Origin: Octopus bimaculoides
Lineage: Eukaryota
Reading direction: 5' to 3'
Assembly (NCBI RefSeq): GCF_001194135.2
Contig: NC_068996.1
Span: 30,425,208 to 30,460,288, forward strand
DNA length: 35,081 nucleotides
Shown here one piece after another: positions 1 to 11,974 of this stretch (positions within the stretch are counted from its first letter, which is position 1; every line of letters starts with the position of its first letter). The notes beneath the pieces are model-generated. The model was not told the origin of the DNA. It searched no databases and was given only the letters and a program-made list of their open reading frames with translations. The translations under genes were made by a program, and so were the position numbers.

Positions 1-246
1 TATGCATGTATATGTATATATATATATGTATGTATATATATGTATATGTATGTATATGTATATATATATATATATGTATGTACATATATGTATATATATG
101 TATATGTATGTATGTATATGTATGTATGTATATATATATGTATGTATATGTATGTATGTATATATATATGTATGTATATGTATATATATATGTATATATA
201 TTTATGTATATATATTTATGTATATGTATATATATTTATGTATATG
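1..246. repeat. Compound (TA)n/(TATG)n microsatellite
   Basis: Direct reading; it produces the spurious MYVYI-type ORFs. Confidence 0.97.
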
Positions 247-249
247 TAA

Positions 250-1552
250 AAGAAACAGGCTTGGAGGGACTGGAAGAATGGTGGTAGCAGGGAATTGTAT
301 CAGACTGCCAGAAGGGAGGCTAAGCGACAGGTTTATTTAGCCAGAAGGGAAGCAGATAAGAAAAAGTTTGGCAATGTTCTGCGCCGTGAGGACAAAAGTC
401 TTGAGGTATTTCGTGTTGCAAGACAGTGTGTGAGAGAGAATCGTGATGTCGTCGGAGAGAAATGTGTTCGCATGGATGATGATACGCTTGCTCTAAATGA
501 GGCTGCAAAGAAAGAGGTTTGGAGACGTCACTATGAAATATTGCTCAATAAAGAGAACGAATGGGAGAAAGAGAGTCTTCCGAATGTCGACCCAACAGAG
601 GGACCAGCGATTCGAGTTGACAATACCATGGTAGATAAAGCTATTAGAGAGTATGAAGACAGGGAAAGCCCCTGGCCCTTCAGGAATCACTGCAGAGATG
701 CTCAAAATATCTGGCAGTGTCAGCTATAGCCTAGTCACCCGTATAGTTAACCAGGTGATACACAAAGGAGTCATACCCAATGACTGGTGTAGCAGCACCA
801 TAGTCAACTGCTACAAAGGTAAAAGTGACGCTTTAGATACAAATAATTACAGAGGTATCAAGTTGTTAGATCAGGTAATGAAAGTCACGGAGAAACTAGG
901 GATAGAAGAATGTTTAGTGAAAGCTGTGCGAGCCATGTACAGAGATGCTATCAGTAAGGTGAGGGTTGGCAATGAGTACAGTGAAGAATTCTGGGTAGAG
1001 GTAGGGGTCCACCAAGGTTCAGTCCCCAGTCCCCTCCTATTTATCAAAGTGGTGAAGCACGACCTTCGAACATTGGACACCGTGTCAATGACTTTTGACC
1101 GCGACCTTTGGAAATATGCTGTGCGTGAGAGGACCCGGCAAGCCAAGTGAGACCTAAATCTAAGGCCTCAGCCAGTCCACTTATGCGTACCTTCCCTCAT
1201 TGGACACCAAACTCCACTTGCGGAGACCAGTTGACGGAAGTGAAATCGAAGTCAAGTTAAATTGGATACTAAACTCCACTTGCGAAGATATGTTGAGGCA
1301 AGTGAAATCGAAATTGAGTTAAATTCTACAACTGGCACCCATGCCAATGTCGTCTCCTTCATTGGGACACGAAACTCAGCTTGCGAAAAATTATAGGGGC
1401 AAGCGAAATTGAAATCGTGATGGCACCTCTGCCCAGCGTCGCCTTTCTAGCACTGGTGTTGCCATCCGGTTTCACCAGTCCTCAGTCAAATTGTCCAACC
1501 GATGCTAGCATGGAAAGCGGACGTTAAACGATGATGATGATGATGATGATGT
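250..1552 (+). mobile_element. RTE-clade LINE, internally deleted copy (linker, partial RT, C-terminus, 3' UTR, (GAT)n tail)
   Basis: ORF 295-729 plus ORF 653-1150 with KTGKAPGPSGITAEMLK, NYRGIKLL and GVHQGS.PSPLLF; C-terminal KHDLRTL..DRDLWKYAV; ends in the AAACGATGATGATG tail. Collinear with the 5495-7930 copy. Confidence 0.9.
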
Positions 1553-1569
1553 ATATATATTTATGTGTA

Positions 1570-2450
1570 NNNNNNNNNNNNNNNNNNNNNNNNNNNNNNN
1601 NNNNNNNNNNNNNNNNNNNNNNNNNNNNNNNNNNNNNNNNNNNNNNNNNNNNNNNNNNNNNNNNNNNNNNNNNNNNNNNNNNNNNNNNNNNNNNNNNNNN
1701 NNNNNNNNNNNNNNNNNNNNNNNNNNNNNNNNNNNNNNNNNNNNNNNNNNNNNNNNNNNNNNNNNNNNNNNNNNNNNNNNNNNNNNNNNNNNNNNNNNNN
1801 NNNNNNNNNNNNNNNNNNNNNNNNNNNNNNNNNNNNNNNNNNNNNNNNNNNNNNNNNNNNNNNNNNNNNNNNNNNNNNNNNNNNNNNNNNNNNNNNNNNN
1901 NNNNNNNNNNNNNNNNNNNNNNNNNNNNNNNNNNNNNNNNNNNNNNNNNNNNNNNNNNNNNNNNNNNNNNNNNNNNNNNNNNNNNNNNNNNNNNNNNNNN
2001 NNNNNNNNNNNNNNNNNNNNNNNNNNNNNNNNNNNNNNNNNNNNNNNNNNNNNNNNNNNNNNNNNNNNNNNNNNNNNNNNNNNNNNNNNNNNNNNNNNNN
2101 NNNNNNNNNNNNNNNNNNNNNNNNNNNNNNNNNNNNNNNNNNNNNNNNNNNNNNNNNNNNNNNNNNNNNNNNNNNNNNNNNNNNNNNNNNNNNNNNNNNN
2201 NNNNNNNNNNNNNNNNNNNNNNNNNNNNNNNNNNNNNNNNNNNNNNNNNNNNNNNNNNNNNNNNNNNNNNNNNNNNNNNNNNNNNNNNNNNNNNNNNNNN
2301 NNNNNNNNNNNNNNNNNNNNNNNNNNNNNNNNNNNNNNNNNNNNNNNNNNNNNNNNNNNNNNNNNNNNNNNNNNNNNNNNNNNNNNNNNNNNNNNNNNNN
2401 NNNNNNNNNNNNNNNNNNNNNNNNNNNNNNNNNNNNNNNNNNNNNNNNNN
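1570..2450. other. Assembly gap (N run)
   Basis: 881 N. Confidence 1.
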
Positions 2451-2986
2451 ATATATTTATATTATATCTTTGCTTTTTACTTACTGGGTATGTAGACAGT
2501 TTCTGTGACATATGCGGGACTGCTGAGACTGATGAGATTGATGCTTTCAGCATTCCACTTAAAATTTTGCATGTGAAATCTGCAGGAAAGGCAAGTAGGG
2601 AGTTCAGAAGATTCAATGCTTAAGAAGAAAGGACTGAGCATAGCAGATAGTGTGGGCAGGTGGGTTGAACACAACATCAATGTTGAGAAGAGAGACAAAT
2701 GAATCGAGAGTACCTGAACAGATATTGCAGAAAGCATGCAAGCTTTAGACAGATCGTTAAAATAGCATGAATGAAAGAGTATGCCTATGAGTTCAAAGCT
2801 GGTGCATGACTGTAAGTAACTTTATGTTTGTCAGTCAAATAGCCTAACTGTGGATGTGGTCTAAGATGTTTATGTACATAGCAGCAGCTGTCTTGTAAAC
2901 TTTGTTTTGAGTAATGCTTGCATTTTTTTGCTGTTGAAAGAAACAAAATTAGCTGAATGATCCTCCTCCTCCTCCTCCTCCCTCCC

Positions 2987-3181
2987 NNNNNNNNNNNNNN
3001 NNNNNNNNNNNNNNNNNNNNNNNNNNNNNNNNNNNNNNNNNNNNNNNNNNNNNNNNNNNNNNNNNNNNNNNNNNNNNNNNNNNNNNNNNNNNNNNNNNNN
3101 NNNNNNNNNNNNNNNNNNNNNNNNNNNNNNNNNNNNNNNNNNNNNNNNNNNNNNNNNNNNNNNNNNNNNNNNNNNNNNNNN
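2987..3181. other. Assembly gap (N run)
   Basis: N run preceded by (TCC)n. Confidence 1.
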
Positions 3182-3400
3182 TCTTCATCGTTTGATGTCT
3201 GTTTTCCATGCTGGCATAGGTTGGATGGTTTAACTGAGAACTGGCAAGCCAGGAGGCTGCATCAGACTCCAGTCTGATTTGGCATGGTTTTCTATTGCTG
3301 GATGCCCTTCCTAACACCAACCACTCCAAGAGTGTAGTGGATGCTTTTTACCTTCCACTGGCCCAGGGGCCAGTCAGGCAGTACTGGCATCGACCACACT
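3182..3400 (-). mobile_element. RTE 3'-tail / SINE-like element
   Basis: Reverse complement of the tail consensus ...TTAGGAAGGGCATCCAGC...CCAACCCATGCCAGCATGGAAAAC...(GAT)n. Confidence 0.85.
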
Positions 3401-5000
3401 CATATTATTAATATTGAATTGGTGTGAGGTATTGCATGTGCGTAGTACTTCGCTAGAGAAGCTTAGACGGAAATGTAGGGCAGTATCATCTGTGTAAGAG
3501 TCTGTATTGTTGGATACTGTGGCATATTGAAAGTGTGTGCAATAGGATGATAGTTGGCAGGATCAGAGGGAGTGCTCTTCTTGAGAATGAGACACAAATC
3601 AGGGTATATTCTCGTAGAGATTGAAAATATTGAGGGGTTTGGTGAAAAAAAAGGCCTAGTTCTCTTGGGTGCAATTTTTGAAAGTAATGGAAGTGTTGTT
3701 TTCAGGGCCAATTGCTTAGTTGGCCTGAAGTAACCAGGGGTATTTTCATAATTAACATGTGCATACTGGATTTGGAGAAAATTTACCCATTGTGTTGAAT
3801 TTGAAGTGGGCAGAATGAGTGGAGCCTTTCTTCCTGAGGATATAGGACTGACATTGTTAAGAAATGGAAGGAGAAGAGGATTCATGAAGCCAGTGGCAAT
3901 TCTTTTGGCAAAGGACCAGGATTGGTTGCTGTTTATGAGAGTTTGAGGGCTGTGTGATGTATGCAGGCTTCTTTTACAATTTGAATAACTGTCTTGCTAG
4001 AGTTGTGGTGCTTGGCAAACACCTTCCAGTTTGTTGTTGGGTAGTTATTACAGTTACTATAGAACAGTTAAACAACTGCAGCTATGAATGAACCACTTTG
4101 TAGGCTTTGGAATATTAAGGTTTTGTATGTCATTTGGAAGGATACCTAAAAAGATGATTTCTGTCATAAACACTTATCTGTTTCTGATAGATCAGGAGTG
4201 AAGCCCATGTACTTCCAGAGGTAATTATCACAAAAGTGGTCAAACTCTAACCATTGGTTGCATTGAAGTACCATAGATGTTGTGTAGTATTGGTTAATTT
4301 TGATGAATTGCTTCATGATCTGACAGCTATGATTTGGTGGCAGTTGGATGTGGACTGTCAATTGAGAGAGATAAGTGATAGAAAGAGTGGAGTCAGCATA
4401 TATATAGACATAACCTTTCAGAGTGAAGTTTGAGTGAATGTGTATAGCCTGGACAGCAGAAATGGGAAATTTGTGTTTTGGGAGGATTATAATGTAGGAT
4501 TTGCATGTTAATATAAATTCATGAACGAAATTGAAGATGAAATGAAATCTACAGGTGTTAAAGAAGAGGAAGGGAAATTATTCGATGGGCTTAGTTGTGG
4601 ATTCTGGTATTTAGGGAAGGATGATGGTGTGTTGATAGATTACAAGAACTTCATACTGCAGTGCTTCCCAAAGTGGATGGTATTTTAACCAGGGAGTGTG
4701 ACTGAAAACTTTTTTATGGGTATTGGCAACAGAAAAAGTAGTTGGAGGCAACAGATGCATTTGTACAGATTTTTGTTTTATTAATCTGTCTATTATTTCA
4801 ATATGGACTCTGATAAACTGCATGTTACCCATAATCACAACAAAGCACAAATGAAAACATCAGCAATAATAATAAACTTCTAACAATAAACTAAAATATA
4901 CATTAAAAAAAAAAGCCAAATAAGTTTTAGAACTGTTCTTTTGGAAGCTTGATCCAGTTCTTGAGACAAGTCTACAAAGGCACTCATGAGCCAAGTCATC

Positions 5001-5422
5001 ACCATCATTATCGCTTAATGCCCACTTTCCATGCTGGCATGGGTTGGATGGTTTGACTGAGGACTGGTAAGCAGGGAGGCTGCACCAGGCCCCAATCTGA
5101 TTTGGCAAGCTTTCTTCAGCTGGATGCCCTTCCTAATGCTAACCACTCTGAGAGTGTAGTGGGTGCTTTTTACATGCATCTGGCATGGGAGCCAGTCAGG
5201 TGACATTGGCATTGATCATGCTCGAATGGTACTTTTTACGTGCCAGCACAGCAGCCAGTCAGGCAACACAGCATATCTCCAAAGGTCTGGGTTGCTTGTC
5301 ATTACCTCTGTGAGGCCCAACATTCGAAGGTAATGCTTCGCCACCTCATCTAATGTCTTTTTGGGTCTACCTCTTCCACAGGTTCCCTCCACAGTTAGAG
5401 ATTAGCACTTCTTTTCACAGCT
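5001..5422 (-). mobile_element. 5'-truncated RTE LINE 3' end with tail
   Basis: Minus strand encodes SLTVEGTCGRGRPKKT (RTE C-terminal GRGRP motif), followed by the 3' UTR and the common tail. Confidence 0.85.
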
Positions 5423-5500
5423 TGGTGCAGTCCTCTGGCTTGTTGACTCCTATCAAATTGGCCAGCCCATGCCAGCATGGACAATGGATGTTCATTATCA
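5423..5500 (+). mobile_element. Short, degenerate RTE tail fragment
   Basis: GGTGCAGTCCTCTGGCTT...CCAGCCCATGCCAGCATGGACAATGGATGTT; lies tail-to-tail with the next element. Confidence 0.6.
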
Positions 5501-7930
5501 TTTAGTGTCCGTTGTTCATGCTAGCATGGGCTGGATGGTTTGACCAGGGCTGGCAAGCTGGAAGGCTGCACCAGACTCCAGTCTGATTTGGCGTGGTTTC
5601 TATGGCTGGATGCCCTTCCTAACACCATCCACTCCAGAAGTGTAATGGGTACTTTTACATGCCACTGGTATTGGTGCTATTTGCATCATACTAGAATCTG
5701 CCACAACTGTGATTTTACTTGGCTTGATGGATCTTCTTCTCAAGCATGACATAATGCCAGAGATCTCGGTCATTGTCTCCATGGGGCCCAACACTCGAAA
5801 GGAGCTTTTCACATGCCACTGGCATCAGCCACTTTGCTTTCTTGAAGTCCAACACTTGAAAGGTACTTTTTACATGCCACTGGCACAAGTGCCAGTTACC
5901 TGACACCAGCATCAGCCATGACTATGATTTCACTTGGCTTGACGGGTCTTCTCAAGCAAGCATATCCCCAAAGGTCTCGGTCACTAGTCATTGCCTCTGT
6001 GAAGCCTAAAGTTCGAAGATCATGCTTCACTACGTCATCCCATGTCTTCCTGGGTCTACTTCTACCACAAGTTCCTCCTACAGTTAGAGGTCAGCACTTC
6101 TTTTCACAGCTGTCCTCATCCATATGCATCACATGACCATACCAGCATAGTCATCGCCCTTGCACACCACATCTGATGTCTCTTATGTCCAACTTTTCTC
6201 TCAAAATGCTTACACGCTTTCAAACATGCACACTAACTTTGCACATCCAGCAAAGCATACTAGCTTCATTTCTTTCAAGCCTACGCATATCCTTGGCTGT
6301 CACTGACCATGTTTCACTGCTGTGTAGCATAGCTGTTTGCACACAGGCATCATACAATCTGCCTTTCACTCTGAGGGAGAGGCCTTTTGTTTCCAGCAAA
6401 GGTAGGAGCTCTCTGAGCTTTGCCCAGACTAATATTATTCTCACAGCTACACTCTTAGAGCATCCACCTCCACTACTAACTTAATCACCTAGATGATGGA
6501 AGCTATCTACTACCTCTAGCTTACATCCCTGGCTGTGGATGGAGTCTATTTTATGTACATTTTCAGAGTTTATTGTACTTGTGCATCTTCCACACTTGAA
6601 AGTTATTTTTCCTTTTAATATTGCTTTTAATATTCCTTTTGATATTGCTGCACCTCTTATATATATATATCAATAACTTACACCAAGTACATCTACCTAT
6701 GCTTTTTAAATGCCTTCCTACTTACTAAAGCTTTGGTTCTTGATAGGTTAACTCTAAGGCTCTTCTCTTCTAAACTTTGCCTCCACACCTGAAACTTCTT
6801 TTCTAGTTCTGGTAGTGATTCAGCTATAAGAACAAGGTCATCAGCATAGAGGAGCTCCCAGGGGCAGACTGTCTTGAATTCCTCTGGAAGAGTATGATGA
6901 ACATGAGAGGGCTGAGGACCAAATCTTGGTGAACCCTTACTTGTACCCTGAATTCTTTGTTGTATTCATTGCTAATCCTCACCTTATTGGTAGTATCCCT
7001 GTACATGGTTTGTACAGCTCTCACCAACCACTCATTTATCCCTAGTTTCCACATTGACCACCAGATAAGGGATCGAGGCACCCTGTCAAAGGCTTTCTCC
7101 AAGTAAACAAAAGCCAAGTACAGAGGTTTATCTTTGGATATGTATTTCTTCTGCAGCTGCTTTACCAGAAATATAGTATCAGTGGTGCTTCTCCATGGCA
7201 CAAAACCAAACTGCATCTCAACTAGATTAACTCTCTCCCTAATTAGTTGGGCTATGACTCTCTCCGTAACTTTCATCACCTGATCCAACAATTCGATATC
7301 TCTATAATTATTTCTTTCTAAGGCATCACCTTTACCTTTGTAGAAATTGACTATGGTGCTGCTACACCAGTCACTGAGTATGACTCTTTCGTGAACCACC
7401 TGATTTACAATACAGATGACTAGACCATAACCCACACCACCAGATATTTTAAGCATCTCAGTGGTGATTCCTGATGGACCGGGGGCTTTACCTGTCTTCA
7501 TATCCTTAATTGCTTTATCTACTATGACACTGTCAATTTGGATAGCTGGTTCATCAATTGGGTCGACATTTTACAGACTCTCCTCCTCCCATTCATTCTC
7601 CATATTCAGCAGTCTTTCATAATGGCATTTCCAAGCCTCTTTCTTTGCAGAATTATTAAATGCAAGTGTGCTATCATCCATGCAGACACATTTCTCTCCT
7701 ATGACATCACAATTTTTCTCATACACTCACAATCCAAAGCATTTCAAGTCTTTGGTCGTCACATCACTGAACATAGACAAACTTCTTTTTTGCTTCTCCC
7801 TTGGTTAGATATACTTGTCTCCTAGTTTCCCTTCTGGCTGATACAATTCTCTGCTACCCCCGCTCTTCTTTGCTCTAATGGCCCTGTCTACAGCATCGTT
7901 CCACCACCACGTCACCCTAGTTCTGGATGG
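5495..7930 (-). mobile_element. RTE-clade LINE, 5'-truncated pseudogene with near-complete RT
   Basis: ORF 6824-7501 has QFGFVPWRSTTD, AFVYLEKAFDRVP and VHQDLVLSPLMF. LLYADDLVL is in a shifted frame at about 6826-6860. LEVVDSFHHLGD at about 6490-6520, GRLYDACVQTAMLHSSETW (6220-6444), then 3' UTR and tail. Confidence 0.93.
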
Positions 7931-8168
7931 GACTTTTCCCCAGTCGCAGATTTTGTCTTCGGCACTCAGCAAACTGTCCTGCAGGAATTCTCAATTACCC
8001 TCTATGTCATGTCTGTAGCTCCTCCTCCCTCTCATCAAATTTCTCAATTAGGATGTCCTTAAATTTCTGGCCATATGAAGAAACCTTAAGCTTCCAAATC
8101 TTTCTTTTCCAGATTGGTCAGCTTCTTGGCATCACCCTGGCCTGGAGTCTAAAGTCACTAGTGACTAT

Positions 8169-8174
8169 GTGTGT

Positions 8175-8221
<47 letters not shown>
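8169..8221. repeat. (GT)n microsatellite
   Basis: Direct reading. Confidence 0.97.
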
Positions 8222-8224
<3 letters not shown>

Positions 8225-8421
8225 GATAATAATAATGGTTTCAAATTTTGCCATAAGGGGAGAGGACTAATTGATTACATCGACCCCAGTGTTTCACTGG
8301 TACTTAATTTATTGACCCCAAACGTCAACCTTGGTGAAATTTTAACTCAAAATGTGAAGACAGACAAAATACTACTAAGCATTTCACTTGGCGTGCTAAC
8401 AATTCTGCCAGCTCGCCACCT
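8222..8421 (-). mobile_element. tRNA-derived SINE
   Basis: Minus strand GGTGGCGAGCTGGCAGAATTGTTAG (A-box-like) ... GAGTTAAAATTTCACC (B-box-like), with an (ATT)n tail. Confidence 0.75.
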
Positions 8422-8904
8422 TCATGATAATAGTAATAATGATAATAATTATTATGATTTCAGTCTTGTAGAGCTTGTAGAGAGAGTTTGCTGTCCTGTC
8501 AAGCTTGTACAGAAAGTTTGCTGTCCTTGACATTTGATAGTGTATATTAACCCTTTAGTGTTCAAACGGGCCAAAATTTATTCCCCTTTATTTGTTCAAT
8601 CTGGCCATATCTGACTGCTCTATGAAATCGTTAAAAAAAATAAACAAATTATGCTATTGAATTCTCGTAGCTTTGAGATAATGCGAGATGAAGCTTTTCA
8701 TACCTTTATTCAAGTATAAATACTGTGAAATTGTTTAGACCGCATGGTTTTTGCAATATTCAACATTCTGGTGAACTGAAGTTTGTTTATTACTGTTGTT
8801 TGAATTGTTGGTTGTTTTGTGCTGCTTTGCGGTGGTTTTCTAGTTGTGCTTTCTCTCGATAGAATTGAGAGAAGCCATGACAAAAAGGATGTTTTATTCA
8901 GACC

Positions 8905-10357
8905 TTAGTTGTTCTGATTGTCCTCTTCAGAGGAGGAACTGGTTCTTGCAGTCGGCAGAATGAATGAATGTCTAAAAAAGAAGAGCTTCGCAGAAGCAAC
9001 AGAAATAAAGAAAAAGGAGGCAGATCTTTCAAATATTGAAAGATATGAAAAAATGGGATGTAGAGTGGGTGGTGGCATTAAGCTGTCACCCTCCCGAAGA
9101 TACTGGACAAAATAGACAGGAAGACTGTATACTTGGTGGAGGAAAGGAAAATTGAACATATGGAGGTTGAAGTTATAGAGAGAGCATTGTACTCAGTCTG
9201 GCAAGACATAATGTATCTGGCCAGAGGGAACAAATTCAGAACTATTATAGTCCATTACAAGATGGAAGATAAAGCTAAGGAAAACACTACAAACACAGTA
9301 AAAACAGACAAAGTGGTCCTTCTACCCACTTATTTGGGAAGAAGGACTTCAAGGATTAGGGTGGAGGGAAATCCACTGGAAATTGATGTGGCTTGGGTTG
9401 TAGTGGCTGTTCTTCTGGGAAGTGAGGAAGAACTAGCTGTCCTCCAAGCCACAAAGATGGAAGGCTCGGTTTGGAAAGGACAAACAATGGATCTGTTTGT
9501 ACAGGCTGCAGTGGAGACACTCGAAAATTTGGTGGAGATGGTATCAATCGGAGATATGGTGTTGAAAGTGTAGGTGGAGGGCAGGACTCCTTGTTGCTTT
9601 AAATGTAGCCTAAAAGGCCACATTATAGCACACTGCCCTCTGCAAAAGCAGACTACGGAAAGGATGGACGAGAGGTCGGAAAAGAAGCAAGAGAAGGAAA
9701 AGGAAACAGAGGAAGAATGGAAAATTGCAGAAGGAAGAGGGAAAAAGAACAGTGTGATGTGGAACCCCAAACCTCACCCACCTCACTCATACCCTTTGAG
9801 ACCCACCCCCTCCCTACAGACATTGAACCCATCCATCCCCCTCCTATACAATCCAAAAAGAAAAAAGAAATGCAATCACAACAAAGTACAAAGAATTCCC
9901 CTCCCCGTGAAGTAAATTATGTTTGTATACTGACGGACAATGAGAATAGGGAATTAATTTGGAAGGTAATAAGTTGGAAGATGGCAAAAATGGTTCATAC
10001 AAAAGGATATAAGAACACAATAGGGTAGCACATATGTATGCTGCTTTTAGAAAAGCAGATAGAAGAGGTGAAAAAATACAAAAAAGATTTTGAGTTCTGG
10101 AAGATCAAAACAGACATTAAAAGGATACCAGACAATGTAGGATATGAGGAACTATTGGTGAAATTTGGTGTTGATGTGGTAAAAGGAATCCCAAAGAAGT
10201 AAGTGATGCAAGCAGCACATTTCCATTTTCTCACTCTCGTTATTCATTCATATTATCATATTTATAATTTTATTTGAATTATTTTGTGTTATATGTCCCC
10301 ACATGTATTTGTGTTGTCCCCTCTTTGTTAGGTCCCTTGTAGAAAATAAAGAAATAA
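8905..10357 (+). mobile_element. ORF1-only non-LTR-like retroelement (Gag-like ORF with CCHC knuckle), frameshifted
   Basis: Joined ORFs 8918-9115, 9133-9573, 9574-9915 and 9717-10200. CFKCSLKGHIIAHC = CX2CX4HX4C at 9595-9636. T-rich 3' UTR, AATAAA at 10345-10350, no ORF2. Confidence 0.65.
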
Positions 10358-10516
10358 TGGTTTTTTCAACATTTGAAGAGAAGTCTGTACCTTAGTTTTT
10401 AATGAAATGGCATCAGCAAGTAGCGATTCCGACTTTGAAGGTTTTACTCTTGACGATATAGAAAATATAAATGAAAACAAGAGTATTTTGTCTTTCGACA
10501 AATCTGATATTGATGT

Positions 10517-10700
10517 TGGCACGTAAAAGCACCCACTACACTCTCGGAGTGGTTGGCATTAGGAAGGGCATCCAGCTGTAGAAACTCTGCCAAATCAGAT
10601 TGGATCCTGGTGTAGCCATCTGGTTTCACCAGTCCTCAGTCAAATCGTCCAACCCATGCTAGCATGGAAAGCAGACGTTAAACGATGATGATGATGATGA
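10517..10700 (+). mobile_element. Young RTE 3'-tail / SINE-like insertion inside the piggyBac ORF
   Basis: Close match to the copies at 25063-25232 and 1454-1552; (GAT)n tail; splits the acidic N-terminal coding region. Confidence 0.9.
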
Positions 10701-11288
10701 ATATTCGTTGGACGAGGAAGATTTTGAGAACGAAAGTAATAAAAATGAAAGTGATGAAAATGATATTGTAAACATGGCAACGTGGTCAAAGATTACAACA
10801 CCAATCACTGTTCCTGATTTCACAGAAAACACTGGTCCACAACACAATTTACCTCCTGATGCTCAACTATTGGACTATCTATTTTTATTTTTACCGAAAA
10901 GTTGTTTTGAAAATGTTATGGAGGAAACAAACAAATATGCACGACGTATAATTTCTATTTGCGGAAGAAATGATCCACTATGGCAGCCAACTTATACTGT
11001 GGAAATGAGAGCGTTTTTCACAATCAATATTGTGTTTTGTGTTAAACAGCTTCCTCGACTGATATAAGGTTTGGTGATCCGTATATCTCAAGTATAATGT
11101 TGAAGACGAGGTATTCGAAAATATCTCAGTATTTACATTTAATTGATTCTGCTAATGCCCCCAGCTAAAACGACCCAAACTACAATCCCCTGTACAAAGT
11201 ACATCCTGTAATTGATTTACTTGTTAATAATTATAGAACTGTGTATCTACCTGGGAAAAATCTCAGTGTAGATGATGCCATGATAGGC

Positions 11289-11974
11289 TATAAGAGCAGA
11301 GTACATTTTCAGCAGTACATGCCTGCCAAACCTACTAAATGGGGGATCAAGGTATGGGAAGTTTGTGAATCAGACACTGGATATTGTGTAAACTTCGATG
11401 TTTACACAAGGAAAAAATATAATGGAAACAGACCATATGGATTGGGACATGATGTAGTATGGTTTCTTACTGAGCCATTTCACCATCAGCACCGACACCT
11501 CTATTTTGACTGTTTTTTTATTTCTTCAGTGGCTTTGGCAGAATATCTTGACCGTGTAAGTATTTACATGTGCAGAACTGTCATGGGTTTACCCTGTGAA
11601 ATGAAAACAAAATTTAAAAGAAGAGGNNNNNNNNNNTATAAGAGCAGAGTACATTTTCAGCAGTACATGCCTGCCAAACCTACTAAATGGGGGATCAAGG
11701 TATGGGAAGTTTGTGAATCAGACACTGGATATTGTGTAAACTTCGATGTTTACACAAGGAAAAAATATAATGGAAACAGACCATATGGATTGGGACATGA
11801 TGTAGTATGGTTTCTTACTGAGCCATTTCACCATCAGCACCGACACCTCTATTTTGACTGTTTTTTTATTTCTTCAGTGGCTTTGGCAGAATATCTTGAC
11901 CGTGTAAGTATTTACATGTGCAGAACTGTCATGGGTTTACCCTGTGAAATGAAAACAAAATTTAAAAGAAGAGG
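11289..11974. repeat. 338-bp direct duplication flanking a 10-N gap (probable assembly artefact)
   Basis: 11289-11626 and 11637-11974 read identically by eye; N at 11627-11636. Confidence 0.9.

Larger units (their letters stand above)
2500..4850 (-). mobile_element. Decayed CR1/Jockey-type LINE relic, interrupted by a gap and an RTE tail
   Basis: Minus-strand LILKKSTPSDPANYHPIA resembles the RT-start motif PIPKKGD.S.P.NYRPIA (ORF 3463-3885). AQSFF..LLNSL near 2590-2640 resembles the C-terminal SFFPRT..LWNSLP. Many stops and frameshifts; the 5' limit is weakly defined. Confidence 0.6.

Noticed and set aside
2-340. ORFs rich in Y/I/M/C/V (also 8171, 16261, 29155, 29536, 29579)
   Set aside because: They are translations of TA, TG and CA microsatellites.
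1531-2623. Long ORFs made of X (also 2949-3329, 30963-31726, 33753-33998)
   Set aside because: They span N gaps and are not coding evidence.
8380-8421. tRNA genes at the SINE heads (also 16433 and 30241)
   Set aside because: Only A/B-box-like remnants are present; there is no cloverleaf and they continue into SINE bodies.
8472-8527. Two 26-bp direct repeats with a 30-bp period
   Set aside because: Only two units with no unique spacers; a local slippage duplication, not a CRISPR array.
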